Positions 19,038 through 29,884 of a stretch of DNA of 64,000 nucleotides are shown piece by piece; the stretch's first letter is position 1; every line of letters begins with the position of its first letter. The stretch is taken from the NCBI GenBank assembly GCA_963767735.1, contig CAVYES010000006.1:1-64000 (forward strand), given 5' to 3'. The stretch is from Candidatus Bathyarchaeota archaeon. GTDB lineage: Archaea > Thermoproteota > Bathyarchaeia > Bathyarchaeales > Bathycorpusculaceae. A model generated the notes under the pieces. The model saw only the letters and a list, made by a program, of their open reading frames with translations. It did not search any database and was not told where the DNA came from. The translations under genes and the position numbers were made by a program.

Positions 19038-20176
19038 TTGACCGTTCCCAGAAAAGTCTGCCAACAAAAACCATCGGTTTCATCGTTAACCCAGTTGCTG
19101 GAATGGGCGGCGCTGTCGGATTAAAAGGAACAGACGGCAAAGCTGTCTTAGAAAAAGCCATATCGCTTGGGCGCTAAACCCATAGCATCGCAAAGGGCAG
19201 AAACCTTTCTCGCCGAACTGGTTCCGGCTAAAGAAAGCTTACGACTAATTGTTGGCGCTGGCAACATGGGTGAGGATGAAGCTAAACAATGCGGCTTCAA
19301 ATTTGAGGTTAAGGGCGAAAGCAAGAATGAGACTACTTCGGAAGATACGCAAAATATCGCTAAAGAAATGGTGGAGGCTGGTGTTGATTTGCTTGTTTTC
19401 TGCGGCGGCGACGGAACAACCCGCGACATACTAAAAGCCGTCGGCATGAAGGTTCCTGTGCTTGGGGTTCCAACAGGCGTCAAAATGCACAGCGCCATTT
19501 TTGCTGTAACTCCTCAAGCAGCCGCAAGAGTAGCCATCAGCTATCTTTGGGGTGGATTGCCCCTGCGAGAAGCGGAGGTTATGGATGTGGATGAGCAAGC
19601 TTTCAGGGAAGGTCGCCTTTCCGCCGAACTTTACGGGTACATGTTGAGCCCATTATGAGCCTCATTTGATTCAGGGAAACAAACTTGAAAGTCCAATGAC
19701 TGAGAATGAAGTCCGCAACCAAGCGGCAATAGCAATCTACATCATTGAAGAAATGAAACCAGACTTAACTTACGTTATCGGTCCAGGAACCACCACTCGC
19801 ACAATTGGTGACCTCTTAGACCAGAAAAAAACCCTTCTTAGGCGTAGACCTCTTTCAAGACAAGAAAATAATTGCAAGCGATGTAAACGAAAAACAAATA
19901 TTGGAAGCCACAAAGGGACAAGCTGCTAGGATAATTGTGACGCCGATTGGGGGGCAAGGCTTCATTTTTGGCAGAGGAAACCAGCAAATAAGCTCCAAAG
20001 TAATCCGTCAAGTAGGCTTAGACAACATTGTTGTGGTTGCAACTAAAAGCAAATTGGACAGGTTGAAAAGCTTAAGGGTTGATACTGGCGACCCAGAACT
20101 GGATAAAGATCTTAGAGCACATGAAATCAACGTTGTAATCGACTACAAAAGCATACAAAAAATGGCTGTTGAATAA
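19038..20176 (+). CDS. ATP-NAD kinase family protein (COG3199), broken by 3-4 indels
   Basis: [55 protein letters not shown] across frames. Confidence 0.8.
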
Positions 20177-20251
20177 TCGTATTACGATTAATAGTCGGAA
20201 AAAATGAAATAGTAGCATGTGACCAGTATCCTAACAAAATGAGGCTAAAAA

Positions 20252-21355
20252 ATGATACCGATTAACATGCCAAAAATCGGCGAAGAAGAAGTCCAAGCAG
20301 TAGTTAAAGTTCTGCGAAGCGGAATGTTAACAAGCGGGCTTGGCGCTGGCCCAATGGTAACTGAGTTCGAGAAAAATTTTGCCAAATTCGCTGGCGTGAA
20401 GCATGCTGTAGCGGTTAACACTGGCACTGCCGCCTTGCACTCTGCCATTGCAGCCGTTGGTGTAAAGCAAGGTGATGAGGTTATTTTGCCCAGCTTCACT
20501 TTCGTAGCCACTGCCGAAGCAGTCGTGTTAGCAGGCGGAAAACCAGTTTTCACTGATATTGACGCTGAAACTTACAATCTCTCGCCAAGTGCGGCTGAAA
20601 AGTCAATAACAAAAAAGACTAAGGCTATACTGCCCGTGGACCTGTACGGTTTTTCAGCTGACATGAAACCTATAAGGGAAATCGCCGAGAAGCATGGGTT
20701 AGCGTTGGTTGAGGATGCTGCTCAAGCGCATGGAGCAACATACGCTGGAAAACCTGCAGGAAGCTTTGCTGATGCCGCTTGCTGGAGCTTGTACGCAAGC
20801 AAAAACATAACCACAGGCGAAGGCGGAGTAATCACAACAAACAACGACCAAATAGCTGAAACATTGCGGATGATTAGGACTCATGGAGAAAAAGCAAAGT
20901 ACGCCTCACTTATTCTTGGAAACAACTATCGCATGTCCGAAATACAAGCTGCAATAGGTAACGTGCAACTGGAAAAACTGCCGTCTTTTTTGGCTAAACG
21001 CCGCCAAAACGCGCAGCAACTAACAAAAATCCTGGAAAAAAATAGCAGGCTTATTTTACCCTGTGAGTCAAAAGACCGACAGCACAGCTGGTACCTATAC
21101 ACCGCGAGACTGAAGGACGGCACAGAAGCAGAACGGAACAAGATTGTGGATGAACTAAAGAAAAAAGGGATTGGCGCCGAAGTTTATTACGTTAACCCTG
21201 TGCATCAGATGCCGTTTTACCGCGAAAACTTTGGAAGCGCTAAATTGCCTGAAACGGATAAAGCGTCAAAACAAGTTTTCTCATTGCCAATTCACCCAGG
21301 AGTCACAGCTGAACAAGTTGATTACATAGGAAAAACTCTTCTAAGCCTCTTATAA
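20252..21355 (+). CDS. DegT/DnrJ/EryC1/StrS sugar aminotransferase
   Basis: GTAALH, TFVATA, EDAAQAHG, SLYASKNITTGEGG, NYRMSEIQAAIG. Confidence 0.93.
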   Translation: MIPINMPKIGEEEVQAVVKVLRSGMLTSGLGAGPMVTEFEKNFAKFAGVKHAVAVNTGTAALHSAIAAVGVKQGDEVILPSFTFVATAEAVVLAGGKPVFTDIDAETYNLSPSAAEKSITKKTKAILPVDLYGFSADMKPIREIAEKHGLALVEDAAQAHGATYAGKPAGSFADAACWSLYASKNITTGEGGVITTNNDQIAETLRMIRTHGEKAKYASLILGNNYRMSEIQAAIGNVQLEKLPSFLAKRRQNAQQLTKILEKNSRLILPCESKDRQHSWYLYTARLKDGTEAERNKIVDELKKKGIGAEVYYVNPVHQMPFYRENFGSAKLPETDKASKQVFSLPIHPGVTAEQVDYIGKTLLSLL

Positions 21356-21479
21356 CCAGATTGGCGCTGGGTTTGTGCGATTTGCCGCGTTGCCAACTGT
21401 AAGAGTTAAATTGAACGTTGCGTTATGAATAGCCTGTTCTTTGGGGTTTATTGGATTTTCTTAAAGGAGCATGAAACAG

Positions 21480-21880
21480 TTGAGTAATGAAGCAGTAATG
21501 AAGCAGCAGATGTTTCCCGTATAAAAGTTAAGTTTGTCATAGAAGGCTTAGGTGAAGCTGAAGGTGAATTAGTCAGGTTTTTAGCGCCAAGAACCATTGA
21601 CACAATCGTTCGGAAGCTTCCAGTTGAAGGCAGAGCTGCATTATGGAAAGAAGAAGTTTATTTTGAAATCCCAATTAAAATGGGTGAAGAAAAAGCTAAG
21701 CCAACTGTGGAAACTGGCACTATCGCTTTTTGGCCTATGGGCAGCGCTTTATGCGTATTCTATGGCAAGTCACAGCCCTATAGTCCCGTGAGCATACTTG
21801 GCAAAATAACAAGTAATTTGGATGTTTTTAAGCAAGTTAAAAGTGGAATAACGATAAAGGTTGAATTGTTAACGGCTTAA
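21480..21880 (+). CDS. Cyclophilin-like (DUF369/TM1367-type) protein; N-terminus frameshifted by an 11-bp tandem duplication
   Basis: APRTID...LP, WKEEVYF, GTIAFWP.G.ALCVFYG; AGTAATGAAGC duplicated at 21483-21504. Confidence 0.75.
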
Positions 21881-22359
21881 AAGGCTAATGAACTCTCTTT
21901 CCACAGTTGAAGCAGCCGTTCGCATTCTTCTTTTACTTTTTTGTCGCCGCTTTTATCCTTTAAAACCTGCAGGAACTCAACACGTTTAGCAACTGAGCGT
22001 TTTTCCGCGTTGCCGCCATAGTATAGTTCACCTTCCAAGTACTCTTTCATGAGATAGGCTTTTTGGATGAATAGGCTAGCGGCGTCAACTGGGTTTTCTA
22101 CGGCGAACTTGTTTGCCCAGATGGCTACTTCTGTTTCGCGCAATTGAGTTATGCCGTCGATTTCCATTATTTTCCTAATGTAAGCTCTTAAAAACTCGAA
22201 GTAACCTGCCGTTTTGATTAGTTCAAGGGTTTGGTTGATTTTTTCTTTAAAGTCTGGTGAGCCTTCAACTGTTAGGTTGTGTTTGTAGCCTTTATCAATT
22301 AGCTCTTTAGCGGTTTTTACTTCTTCAACTGTGTAAACTCTTTCTGGAAATTCTGTCAA
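21877..22359 (-). CDS. Conserved hypothetical protein
   Basis: 160-aa ORF with normal composition, downstream of rps25e. Confidence 0.7.
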   Translation of the reverse strand: MTEFPERVYTVEEVKTAKELIDKGYKHNLTVEGSPDFKEKINQTLELIKTAGYFEFLRAYIRKIMEIDGITQLRETEVAIWANKFAVENPVDAASLFIQKAYLMKEYLEGELYYGGNAEKRSVAKRVEFLQVLKDKSGDKKVKEECERLLQLWKESSLAF

Positions 22360-22419
22360 ATGAAAACTAACTCCGAATATAGATAAGATTAGAAATAAAT
22401 AATTGGTCTGTTAGCAAGT

Positions 22420-22746
22420 TTAGCTTGCTGCAGGCTTGTAGATTTTGAGGTTGTGGCTTCCGGAGACGAGCTGAACTGCACCGTTTGCTTCAAGTTGTTC
22501 TAAGAAGTCTTTGGCTGTGCTAATTCGAATGTTATACTTTGTTGCTACAGCGTATGGTGTTAGAACGTTCATTTTCTTTATTTCGCCGACGATTTTTTCG
22601 TTTTTTGCGTCTGGAGCCATTATTCCTATAGATTTTCTTTCTTTTGGCGGTCCAGCTTTCTCTTTCTTCTTAGCTTCTTTCGACTCGTCTTCTTTGACCT
22701 GCTGCTTCTCCATCTGCTTTATGCCGACCTTCTTTTTTCCACCCAT
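22420..22746 (-). CDS. rps25e: 30S ribosomal protein S25e (eS25)
   Basis: MGGKKK, LTPYAVATKYNIRISTAK..L..L winged helix, KIY. Confidence 0.9.
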   Translation of the reverse strand: MGGKKKVGIKQMEKQQVKEDESKEAKKKEKAGPPKERKSIGIMAPDAKNEKIVGEIKKMNVLTPYAVATKYNIRISTAKDFLEQLEANGAVQLVSGSHNLKIYKPAAS

Positions 22747-22777
22747 AATTTTCACTTTGCTTTTTTGTTCTCAACAT

Positions 22778-24269
22778 CTAGAATGGCTGGCTTATTTCAA
22801 CGTTATGTTTTTCTTTCCACTCTTTGATTGGAACGCCAAGTTTCTTTTCAACTTCAGTTCTGTGAATGGAGTTCATGGTGCAGAATGGAATTATGCGCCC
22901 GTCTGGCACGGCATAGTGAATTAGGCAGCGTTGTACTCTTTCAAGGTCAAAGTTGTATGGGTCCATGAAATGCATGGATGAAAGCAGAATCGCCTGCCTC
23001 TGCAAATCGCCGAGGGATTCGTAGTCGCCGCTTGTTATTACGCCTAAGAACGTATTTTCTTAGGAAACCGAATTTTACATGACGCATTGAACTAACCACG
23101 CGTAATTTAGCTTTGTTCTTGCTTCCTTTTGACGCAGTTTCGTAGACTTTGTTCATTACCCCGATGAATTTTTCGATGTTTGCATAGCGTGTGATTGGAA
23201 CGATTTTTCCTTTTTCAATTAAAAGATAAGTTGCCATACCGCAGTGAGGATGTGCAGTGAACTCTAAATATCGCCTGTCTTTTAGTGCGCCGACGGCTTT
23301 TGAAACTGGCACAACCGTGGGCACGGGGTAGAAGTCTGAGACTTTTATTGCTCCGTTTGTTTGCTCTTCAACTGCTTTCATGAAGTCTGGGATTGTGATG
23401 CGCATTTTTTCGCGGTCTTTCTGCGGCAATCGCCCGCAAAGGCTGACTGGTTGAACGTTTACGCATCTTACCACGTCGAAGTTTTTGGCGGCAAAATTGA
23501 TTATGTCGCCAAGTTGGTTATCATTAACCCCTTTCACCAATGTGACGACTAAGACTATGCTGTCTATTCCTGCTTGGCGAAGGTTTTCGATTGCCTTCAT
23601 TTTTATGTCAAGAAGGTCTACTCCGCGAATGAACTTGTAAACGTCAGGGGTTAACCCGTCGAACTGCAGGTAAATGGTGCTTACTCCCGCCTCTTTGAGT
23701 TGTCTGCAGTAATCCACGCTTTGCGAAAGTCGAAGACCATTCGTATTAATCTCCACGTGGCTGAAGCCAAGCTCTTTTGCTTTTCGAACAAAGTCGAAGA
23801 GCTCTTTGCGTATCGTGGGTTCTCCACCAGAGAACTGAAGCGCCGTGGCTGGCACTGGCTTGTTGGCTCGAAGGTTCTCAAGCATTCCAGTAATTTGCTC
23901 TTTAGTTGGTTCATAAACGTATCCTGCAGCCGCAGCATTCGCAAAGCAAACTGGGCAGGTAAGGTTGCATCTGTTTGTGACATCGATTATTGCGAGGGCA
24001 GTGTGAGATTTGTGTTCAGGGCAAATTCCGCAGTCGTATGGGCACCCGTTCTTTTTCTCGGTTCGCGGGTTCTCCATGCCTTCGCCGTCGTAGCGGAATT
24101 TTTCTGCCCGCATATATTGGTCGTAATCTGACCAGTAAAGTTCTTGGAAAGCCCCATGCTCAGGGCACTCTTTTTTGATGAAGACTTTGCCGTCGTCTTC
24201 ATAGATGGTTGCGTCTAAAGCTTTTAGGCATTCAGGGCAAATGCTTCTTGTGGTTTTGATGTCTTTCAA
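22778..24269 (-). CDS. tes: Tetraether lipid synthase (radical SAM, MJ0619-type); 1-nt insertion near 23050
   Basis: N-terminal CPEC/CPEHG, CPYDCGICPEH, CNLTCPVC radical SAM motif, HPHCG, C-terminal FMDPYNFDLERVQRC.IHY..PDGRIIPFC. Confidence 0.85.
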
Positions 24270-24372
24270 TTTTTTTTGCCTTCTTACATCTGCGCGTTTT
24301 TCGAAGTGCTTAAGAGCATATGTGTTGATAATAAGGTTTCCAAACGATTCCTAAGGTGATTGAGGGGAAAAG

Positions 24373-25125
24373 ATGTCAATTAACGAGAACACTCGGGCTG
24401 CTTTGCGGGAAATGGGCTTAAACGCCTACGAAATTGATGCTTACATAGTTTTGCTGGAAGGTGGGCAAATGACGGCTATGGAGATAAGCCAAGAAGCCAA
24501 AGTGCCCTACAGCAAAATGTACGAAGTACTCAACTCACTCAAAGAAAAGGGCTGGATTAAAAGCAGCGAAAGCCGACCATTCAAGTACTATCCAGTGCCG
24601 CCACTTGAAGCAACAAGGTTCACGAAGCTGCGGCTGGAAGACAAATACTTGAACTGGGAAAACACCGTTGCCCAAGAACTACAGCCTCTCTACGAAAAAC
24701 GAGAACTCATCGAACGACCCGACATGCTGATACTTCGTGGGCAACAAGCAGTTTTAACTAAGCTTGAAGAAGTTCTGAAGAACGCAACTAAAGAAATCGT
24801 GATTGCGGCACCAGAATTCGCAAAACCAGTAATCGCAATGGCTGAACCGTTGCTGGGCAGTGGTTTGAAGAAAACTGTTAGGATTCAGCTTATGGCAGCT
24901 GGGAAAAAGGAAGATTGGCTTTTCATAAAAAAATACCCTGGTTTAAGTGAGCTTCGAATCAGAGATCACATGTTCGGCGGCGGCATAATTGCTGACGGCA
25001 AAGAAGCCATGCTTTTCCTGGGTGAAGACAAACCAAGCCTTGTCATCTGGAGCAACCATGTAGGCTTGATAGGTTTTGCGCGAGAATATTTCCAGTTCCT
25101 CTGGGACTCCTCCGCAACCGCTTAA
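24373..25125 (+). CDS. TrmB-family transcriptional regulator
   Basis: GLNAYE..AY..LL, VPYSKMYEVL.SL..KGW, RP.KY; C-terminal effector domain. Confidence 0.9.
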   Translation: MSINENTRAALREMGLNAYEIDAYIVLLEGGQMTAMEISQEAKVPYSKMYEVLNSLKEKGWIKSSESRPFKYYPVPPLEATRFTKLRLEDKYLNWENTVAQELQPLYEKRELIERPDMLILRGQQAVLTKLEEVLKNATKEIVIAAPEFAKPVIAMAEPLLGSGLKKTVRIQLMAAGKKEDWLFIKKYPGLSELRIRDHMFGGGIIADGKEAMLFLGEDKPSLVIWSNHVGLIGFAREYFQFLWDSSATA

Positions 25126-25266
25126 AAACGCCAATTCACACTTGACAGAATCTAAATCGTCTGCCCCTTTGAACGCTTTATTGAGATTAAGGCATCTTCT
25201 TACCAGTAGAGCATAAACAGTGTTAACAAAAAAGAAGAAAGGGAGAGAACTTGAGTTATTAGGTTA

Positions 25267-25488
25267 CTATTTTCCCATGACTTTTCTAGCGGCGATTTCT
25301 ATATCTTCTGCTTTGATGGTTTTTCTTCCAGCATGCATGGCATAATCCAGAGCTTCTTTGGCAATCTTTACGCCGATTTCTTCAAGTGCCTTTGCAAGTT
25401 CCTTTGCTGCTGCTTCACTAACTCTGTCAGCACCCGCTTTTTTACACAATCTGTGCATGGGCGCTACAGCTATTTCTAATTCAGTCAC
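25267..25488 (-). CDS. Archaeal histone
   Basis: [29 protein letters not shown]; GTG start after GGAG RBS. Confidence 0.95.
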   Translation of the reverse strand: MTELEIAVAPMHRLCKKAGADRVSEAAAKELAKALEEIGVKIAKEALDYAMHAGRKTIKAEDIEIAARKVMGK

Positions 25489-25634
25489 AACGACAACTCC
25501 TAGCCTCTTTTTCATTTTAAAGCAATATTTAACCTTTGTTATCGCTTTTTCCTCTAAATATCCGCTTACATAGAACTTGAATTTAAACAAAGAAAATTAT
25601 AAAACATCCAACAGTGATAATAGCGCTGAGAAAA

Positions 25635-26408
25635 ATGAAGCTGATAGACGCACATGTTCACCTCTCAGACGCCGAATACGCGGGCCATATTGATGAGCTG
25701 ATAGTGGATGCAAAAAACGCGGGCGTAGCCGCGTTAGTGACAAATTCGATGGATTTAAAAACTTGCCAAAGCGACCTTATATTGACAGAAAAGTATCCTG
25801 GCTTAGTTTACCCCGCTTTGGGGATTCATCCATGGAACGTAAACGTTCTTAAGGAAAATGAACTTGAAGAAACCATCGATTTAATTCAAAAACAAAAAAG
25901 CAGGGTTACAGCTATAGGTGAAATCGGTTTAGACCAAAAGTATGAAACCGTATGGGAAAAGCAAATGATGGTTTTCGAGAAAATGCTACATCTCGCCGAA
26001 TTGCTTGACCTTCCAGTAATTATACATTCACGCGGAACAACCGACAAAGTCATCGACATGCTCCCATCATACCATCTTAAGCGGGTTCTACTGCACTGGT
26101 TCAGCTACCCAATAAACGCCCTAATTAGAGCCATGGACAACGGCTACTTTATCACTGAAGGTCCGCCAGCAACTTATTCCAGCGGCATTCGCGAAGTCAT
26201 AGAGAAAGTGTCGCTGACAAATCTTTTAACTGAAACCGATGGTCCAGTGAAATATTGGAAAAGCCCCTACAATGGGCAATTAACCAAGCCTTCATTCGTA
26301 CGCAACGTCGTTGAAGCAGTGGCTGAAATCAAGAAAATGCCAGCTGAGGCTGTTGCCGAGCAAATAGCAGAAAACTTTGAAGTTTTCTTTAACATAAAAA
26401 TAAGCTGA
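25635..26408 (+). CDS. tatD: TatD-family nuclease
   Basis: IDAHVHL, GIHPW, IGEIGLD, IHSR, LHWF, ETDGP. Confidence 0.93.
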   Translation: MKLIDAHVHLSDAEYAGHIDELIVDAKNAGVAALVTNSMDLKTCQSDLILTEKYPGLVYPALGIHPWNVNVLKENELEETIDLIQKQKSRVTAIGEIGLDQKYETVWEKQMMVFEKMLHLAELLDLPVIIHSRGTTDKVIDMLPSYHLKRVLLHWFSYPINALIRAMDNGYFITEGPPATYSSGIREVIEKVSLTNLLTETDGPVKYWKSPYNGQLTKPSFVRNVVEAVAEIKKMPAEAVAEQIAENFEVFFNIKIS

Positions 26409-26558
26409 ACAAACTTTTAGTGTTCGTTGGAACTTTTTGGTTAGTTAAAATTTGGTTAGTAGGCGTAAACTTATATTAAGCCTATCATCTATTGAGAATT
26501 GCTCTTGCGCTTTCAAGCGTCGGACACTAAAACATTGATGACTAAGGGGAATTAAGAT

Positions 26559-26801
26559 TTGGGAAAAGTTAAGACTGACCAAGTTAAACGAACCGGCAAA
26601 GAACTCATGAGACGTTTTCCAACAAAATTTACTACCAAATTTGATGAGAATAAGCCGATGGTTGACTCTTTAACTCAGGGAACAACCACGCGAGTTAGAA
26701 ATCAAATTGCTGGATACATAACCCGTACGTTAGCGTTGGCTCAAGCTCATAACTCTTCAGCTGATTCTGACATGGATGATGATGAAGACGAATCAGATTA
26801 A
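26559..26801 (+). CDS. rps17e: 30S ribosomal protein S17e (eS17)
   Basis: GKVKT..VKR, F...FDENK, RNQIAGYIT. Confidence 0.95.
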   Translation: MGKVKTDQVKRTGKELMRRFPTKFTTKFDENKPMVDSLTQGTTTRVRNQIAGYITRTLALAQAHNSSADSDMDDDEDESD

Positions 26802-26827
26802 AAGTCAAGTTTAGGATAAGAAACCTC

Positions 26828-27205
26828 ATGATGGATGAGTACAGAAAGGGTTGGGCTCTAAGATACCTTCGCGAAGCGAAAGCCGAGTTGGAAGCAGCGC
26901 GAAAAATACCTTACATGGCGCCAGGCTTGGTTTTAGAAGCAATCCGAAAAGCAAGAAACGCCATATACTACAGTTTCGGTGAACCCGCTTTTATAGAAAT
27001 ACTTCTCCGCGAAGAGTTAACAAAAAACCCGCTTACCAACGATTCAATTCTGCGTTTTCTAATGGAGCTCGAAAGCGTCATTCAGCAAATCTCGCAGTTA
27101 GAAGAAGTAAACAGTGACGCAATGATGAAACAGGCAGATTCAATCGTTGAAATGGCAACCGACATAGTAGAAACATTAACAGCAGAAAGATTCCAAAACT
27201 TTTAA
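26828..27205 (+). CDS. Hypothetical helical protein (weakly HEPN-like)
   Basis: RYLREAKAELEAA N-terminal helix pattern; no Rx4-6H motif. Confidence 0.65.
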   Translation: MMDEYRKGWALRYLREAKAELEAARKIPYMAPGLVLEAIRKARNAIYYSFGEPAFIEILLREELTKNPLTNDSILRFLMELESVIQQISQLEEVNSDAMMKQADSIVEMATDIVETLTAERFQNF

Positions 27206-27274
27206 GCTCGGTAGCAAAGTGCAGAAACAATTTTAACGTAAAGTGATTCTATAAGTTTTGAGCGAAGAAAACAA

Positions 27275-27556
27275 ATGCCCTTAACGCTAAAGTTCATCGG
27301 TGCACTTCGGCAAATTTCAGGAAAAACACAATTAACTGTTAACTTCCAAGACGGGCTGTCGCTTAAAAGTTTAATTACAAAAATCAGCCAAGAAATGCCG
27401 CAGCTAGATAAAACCTTCAGTGACCAACTTAATGATTCACGATCAAACGCGCTGGTACTTATTAATGGCAGAGAAATCAGCGTTCTGAACGGTTTAGAAA
27501 CCAAATTATGTGATGGGGACGAAATCGTCTTTATCCCAGTTGTTCATGGCGGTTAG
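27275..27556 (+). CDS. MoaD/ThiS/SAMP ubiquitin-like sulfur carrier
   Basis: LINGREI, DGDEIVFIPVVHGG C-terminal diglycine. Confidence 0.92.
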   Translation: MPLTLKFIGALRQISGKTQLTVNFQDGLSLKSLITKISQEMPQLDKTFSDQLNDSRSNALVLINGREISVLNGLETKLCDGDEIVFIPVVHGG

Positions 27557-27562
27557 CTCTAA

Positions 27563-28342
27563 ATGATAACTTTGACTAGTGACTTTGGCCTCAAAGACCC
27601 TTACGTTGCCGAGATGAAAGGGGTAATTTTAACCATAAACCCAAAAGCAACACTAATCGACATAACGCACGAAGTGGAAAAATTTAACGTTCGAATGGCT
27701 GCTTTCATGTTGGCTTCGGCTGCACCCTACTTTCCAGAGGGCACCGTTCACTTGGCAGTTGTAGACCCAGAAGTTGGCACAAAAAGACGCGCCATACTAA
27801 TACAGAGTAAGAAGAGCTTTTTTGTCGGACCTGACAACGGCATTTTGGTTTTAGCCGCAGAAAACCAGGGAATAGAGCACGTGTGTGAGCTCACGAATCA
27901 TTCGTATATGTTGGCTAAAGTTTCCAGTACGTTTCATGGCAGAGACATTTTTGCGCCAGCCACAGCCTACTTAGCTAAAGGAATCCAGCCTAAAGAATTT
28001 GGACCAGAAATAAAAGACCTAACCAAACCTGAATTCGCCTCAGTCAAAAAAACAAACAACACCCTAATCGGCGAAGTCATGCACATAGACGGCTTCGGCA
28101 ACATAATCACTAACATAAACGAAAACGACGTGGTCCGAAACCGGGCTGAAAAAGTCAACGTGGATTTACTTGACATTTCAGTACAACTCAATTTTGGCAA
28201 AACCTACGCCGAAACAAAGCCAAAAGAACCTATTGCTCTAATTGGTGGCCATGGCTTTTTGGAGATTGCCCTAAACCAAGGTAACGCGGCGGAAAAGTTT
28301 CATGCGAAAGCTGGAGATAAAATCGTAGTTACGGCTGCTTAA
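27563..28342 (+). CDS. SAM hydroxide adenosyltransferase (DUF62, chlorinase/fluorinase family)
   Basis: ITLTSDFG, VVDPEVG, GPDNG, STFHGRDIFAP, DGFGNIITN. Confidence 0.93.
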   Translation: MITLTSDFGLKDPYVAEMKGVILTINPKATLIDITHEVEKFNVRMAAFMLASAAPYFPEGTVHLAVVDPEVGTKRRAILIQSKKSFFVGPDNGILVLAAENQGIEHVCELTNHSYMLAKVSSTFHGRDIFAPATAYLAKGIQPKEFGPEIKDLTKPEFASVKKTNNTLIGEVMHIDGFGNIITNINENDVVRNRAEKVNVDLLDISVQLNFGKTYAETKPKEPIALIGGHGFLEIALNQGNAAEKFHAKAGDKIVVTAA

Positions 28343-29312
28343 AACTATCTACAACTTTTTCGATTACATCAACAGGGTCTTCTAATTTTGCTAGCTCGCT
28401 TTTCACATCGAATCTTTTGCCAAGATATTTCTTTGCATACCCAAGCACTCCTCGCTCTGTTGTAGCAAAAAGTGGAAAGCCTTTCTTGGTCAAATACATG
28501 TTAACGTAAGTTTTAGCCATATCCGAAATAGCTATGCTAGGAACACCTTGAAGGGCTGCTTCCCTCGCGATGGTTCCTCCATAGCTGACCACTAAATCGG
28601 CATTCGCGACCAGCCTTGCTGAATCCACAAAGCCTTCTTTTCCTCCGAACGTTTTGCCTTGGTCGTTGTATCTTTGGATAAAATGCACATTACCCAACTT
28701 GGCAAGCTTATCTGCAAGAACTTGGTCAGCGTCTTGCTTTCCCTCTGCGTAGGCTGCTTTTGTTTCGATTTGTCTAATAACTATCAAGGGTTTCTTTAAT
28801 CCCTCAATTTTTGTGGGTTTAAAATCCTTGATCCAGGCAACCTCGTCTACTCCTTTAAACTGGACAATATTTTTGGCACAGTGCTCAGTCGCAAAACGTT
28901 TAGGCAAAGCCTCAGACACTACAACTGTGTGTGCAAAAGGTATCGTTAGCCTGTTGACTGCTGCTGCGTAAGGTGTATCGGCGGTCAAAATTATTGGGAT
29001 TCCTAAACCAAAAGCGGTTCGGCAAAGCTCAACCGATTGATGCGCTATGGCAACATCGGGTGGGTCATCTTTGAAGAGTTTAGAAAACTCTATTACGCGT
29101 TGGGCGCTCTCTTCCAGCCTCGAGGAAAGCGTTGACGGATTGTATTTGCCCACGACGATAGGTTTTTCCCCAAGAATATGTGCTAAGGGCAAGGTGTCTG
29201 GGTGCTCGCGTGTTGTAAAAATAAACTCGTGCCCTGATTTTCTAAGCCGCTGTCCGATGGCTATGCCATATCTGACATGTTTACCTGTGCAGGCGTCATA
29301 CCATATTTTCAT
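28329..29312 (-). CDS. DUF354 GT-B fold protein (UDP-GlcNAc 2-epimerase-like)
   Basis: KIWYD....HV, GVDEVAW, GGTIAREAALQGVP. Confidence 0.82.
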   Translation of the reverse strand: MKIWYDACTGKHVRYGIAIGQRLRKSGHEFIFTTREHPDTLPLAHILGEKPIVVGKYNPSTLSSRLEESAQRVIEFSKLFKDDPPDVAIAHQSVELCRTAFGLGIPIILTADTPYAAAVNRLTIPFAHTVVVSEALPKRFATEHCAKNIVQFKGVDEVAWIKDFKPTKIEGLKKPLIVIRQIETKAAYAEGKQDADQVLADKLAKLGNVHFIQRYNDQGKTFGGKEGFVDSARLVANADLVVSYGGTIAREAALQGVPSIAISDMAKTYVNMYLTKKGFPLFATTERGVLGYAKKYLGKRFDVKSELAKLEDPVDVIEKVVDSFKQP

Positions 29313-29827
29313 TTATCCGTTATCCACCCTATTCTTGATGCTATGAACTTGCCACGTTTTTCTTCATATTCCTCTAACGTCATTATTACTTTTGCTGGAA
29401 CACCGCTTAACACCGTTCTCGGAGGCACATTTTTTGTGACGACGCTTCCTCCGCCAATCACGGCGCTCTCTCCTATAGTTACGTCTGGTAGTACGGTGAC
29501 GCCTCCGCCGATTGCAACGTTGTCTTTGATGACGGGTGGAGTCATGAAAGTGCTTTTTGGATACTTGTCATTTAGAAGTGAACTGTTAGGCGCGATAAAC
29601 ACGTTATTGCCCAGTATGCAGCCGTTCGAGATTGTTACGTGAGCTTGTATGTTGCATTTTTTACCTAAAACCACGTCTTTGCCTATATCACAGAAGCTTC
29701 CAATGCTGGTTCCGTCGCCGATTTTTGCGTTATCGCCTATTACAACGTAATTCCAAATAGAGACGTTTTCGCCTATCACAACGTTGGCGCCTGTAACTAT
29801 GCCAGTGCCCTTCTTTGGATTCAGCAT
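29309..29827 (-). CDS. Hexapeptide-repeat N-acetyltransferase (WbpD-like)
   Basis: IG hexapeptide repeats, NDKYP, GGGSVVTKNVP, GVPA. Confidence 0.9.
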   Translation of the reverse strand: MLNPKKGTGIVTGANVVIGENVSIWNYVVIGDNAKIGDGTSIGSFCDIGKDVVLGKKCNIQAHVTISNGCILGNNVFIAPNSSLLNDKYPKSTFMTPPVIKDNVAIGGGVTVLPDVTIGESAVIGGGSVVTKNVPPRTVLSGVPAKVIMTLEEYEEKRGKFIASRIGWITDK

Positions 29828-29884
29828 AGCTGTTCTTTCGGGCTCCAGATTTAAATAGTTTAACTTTAACTTGACTTTCCAACG

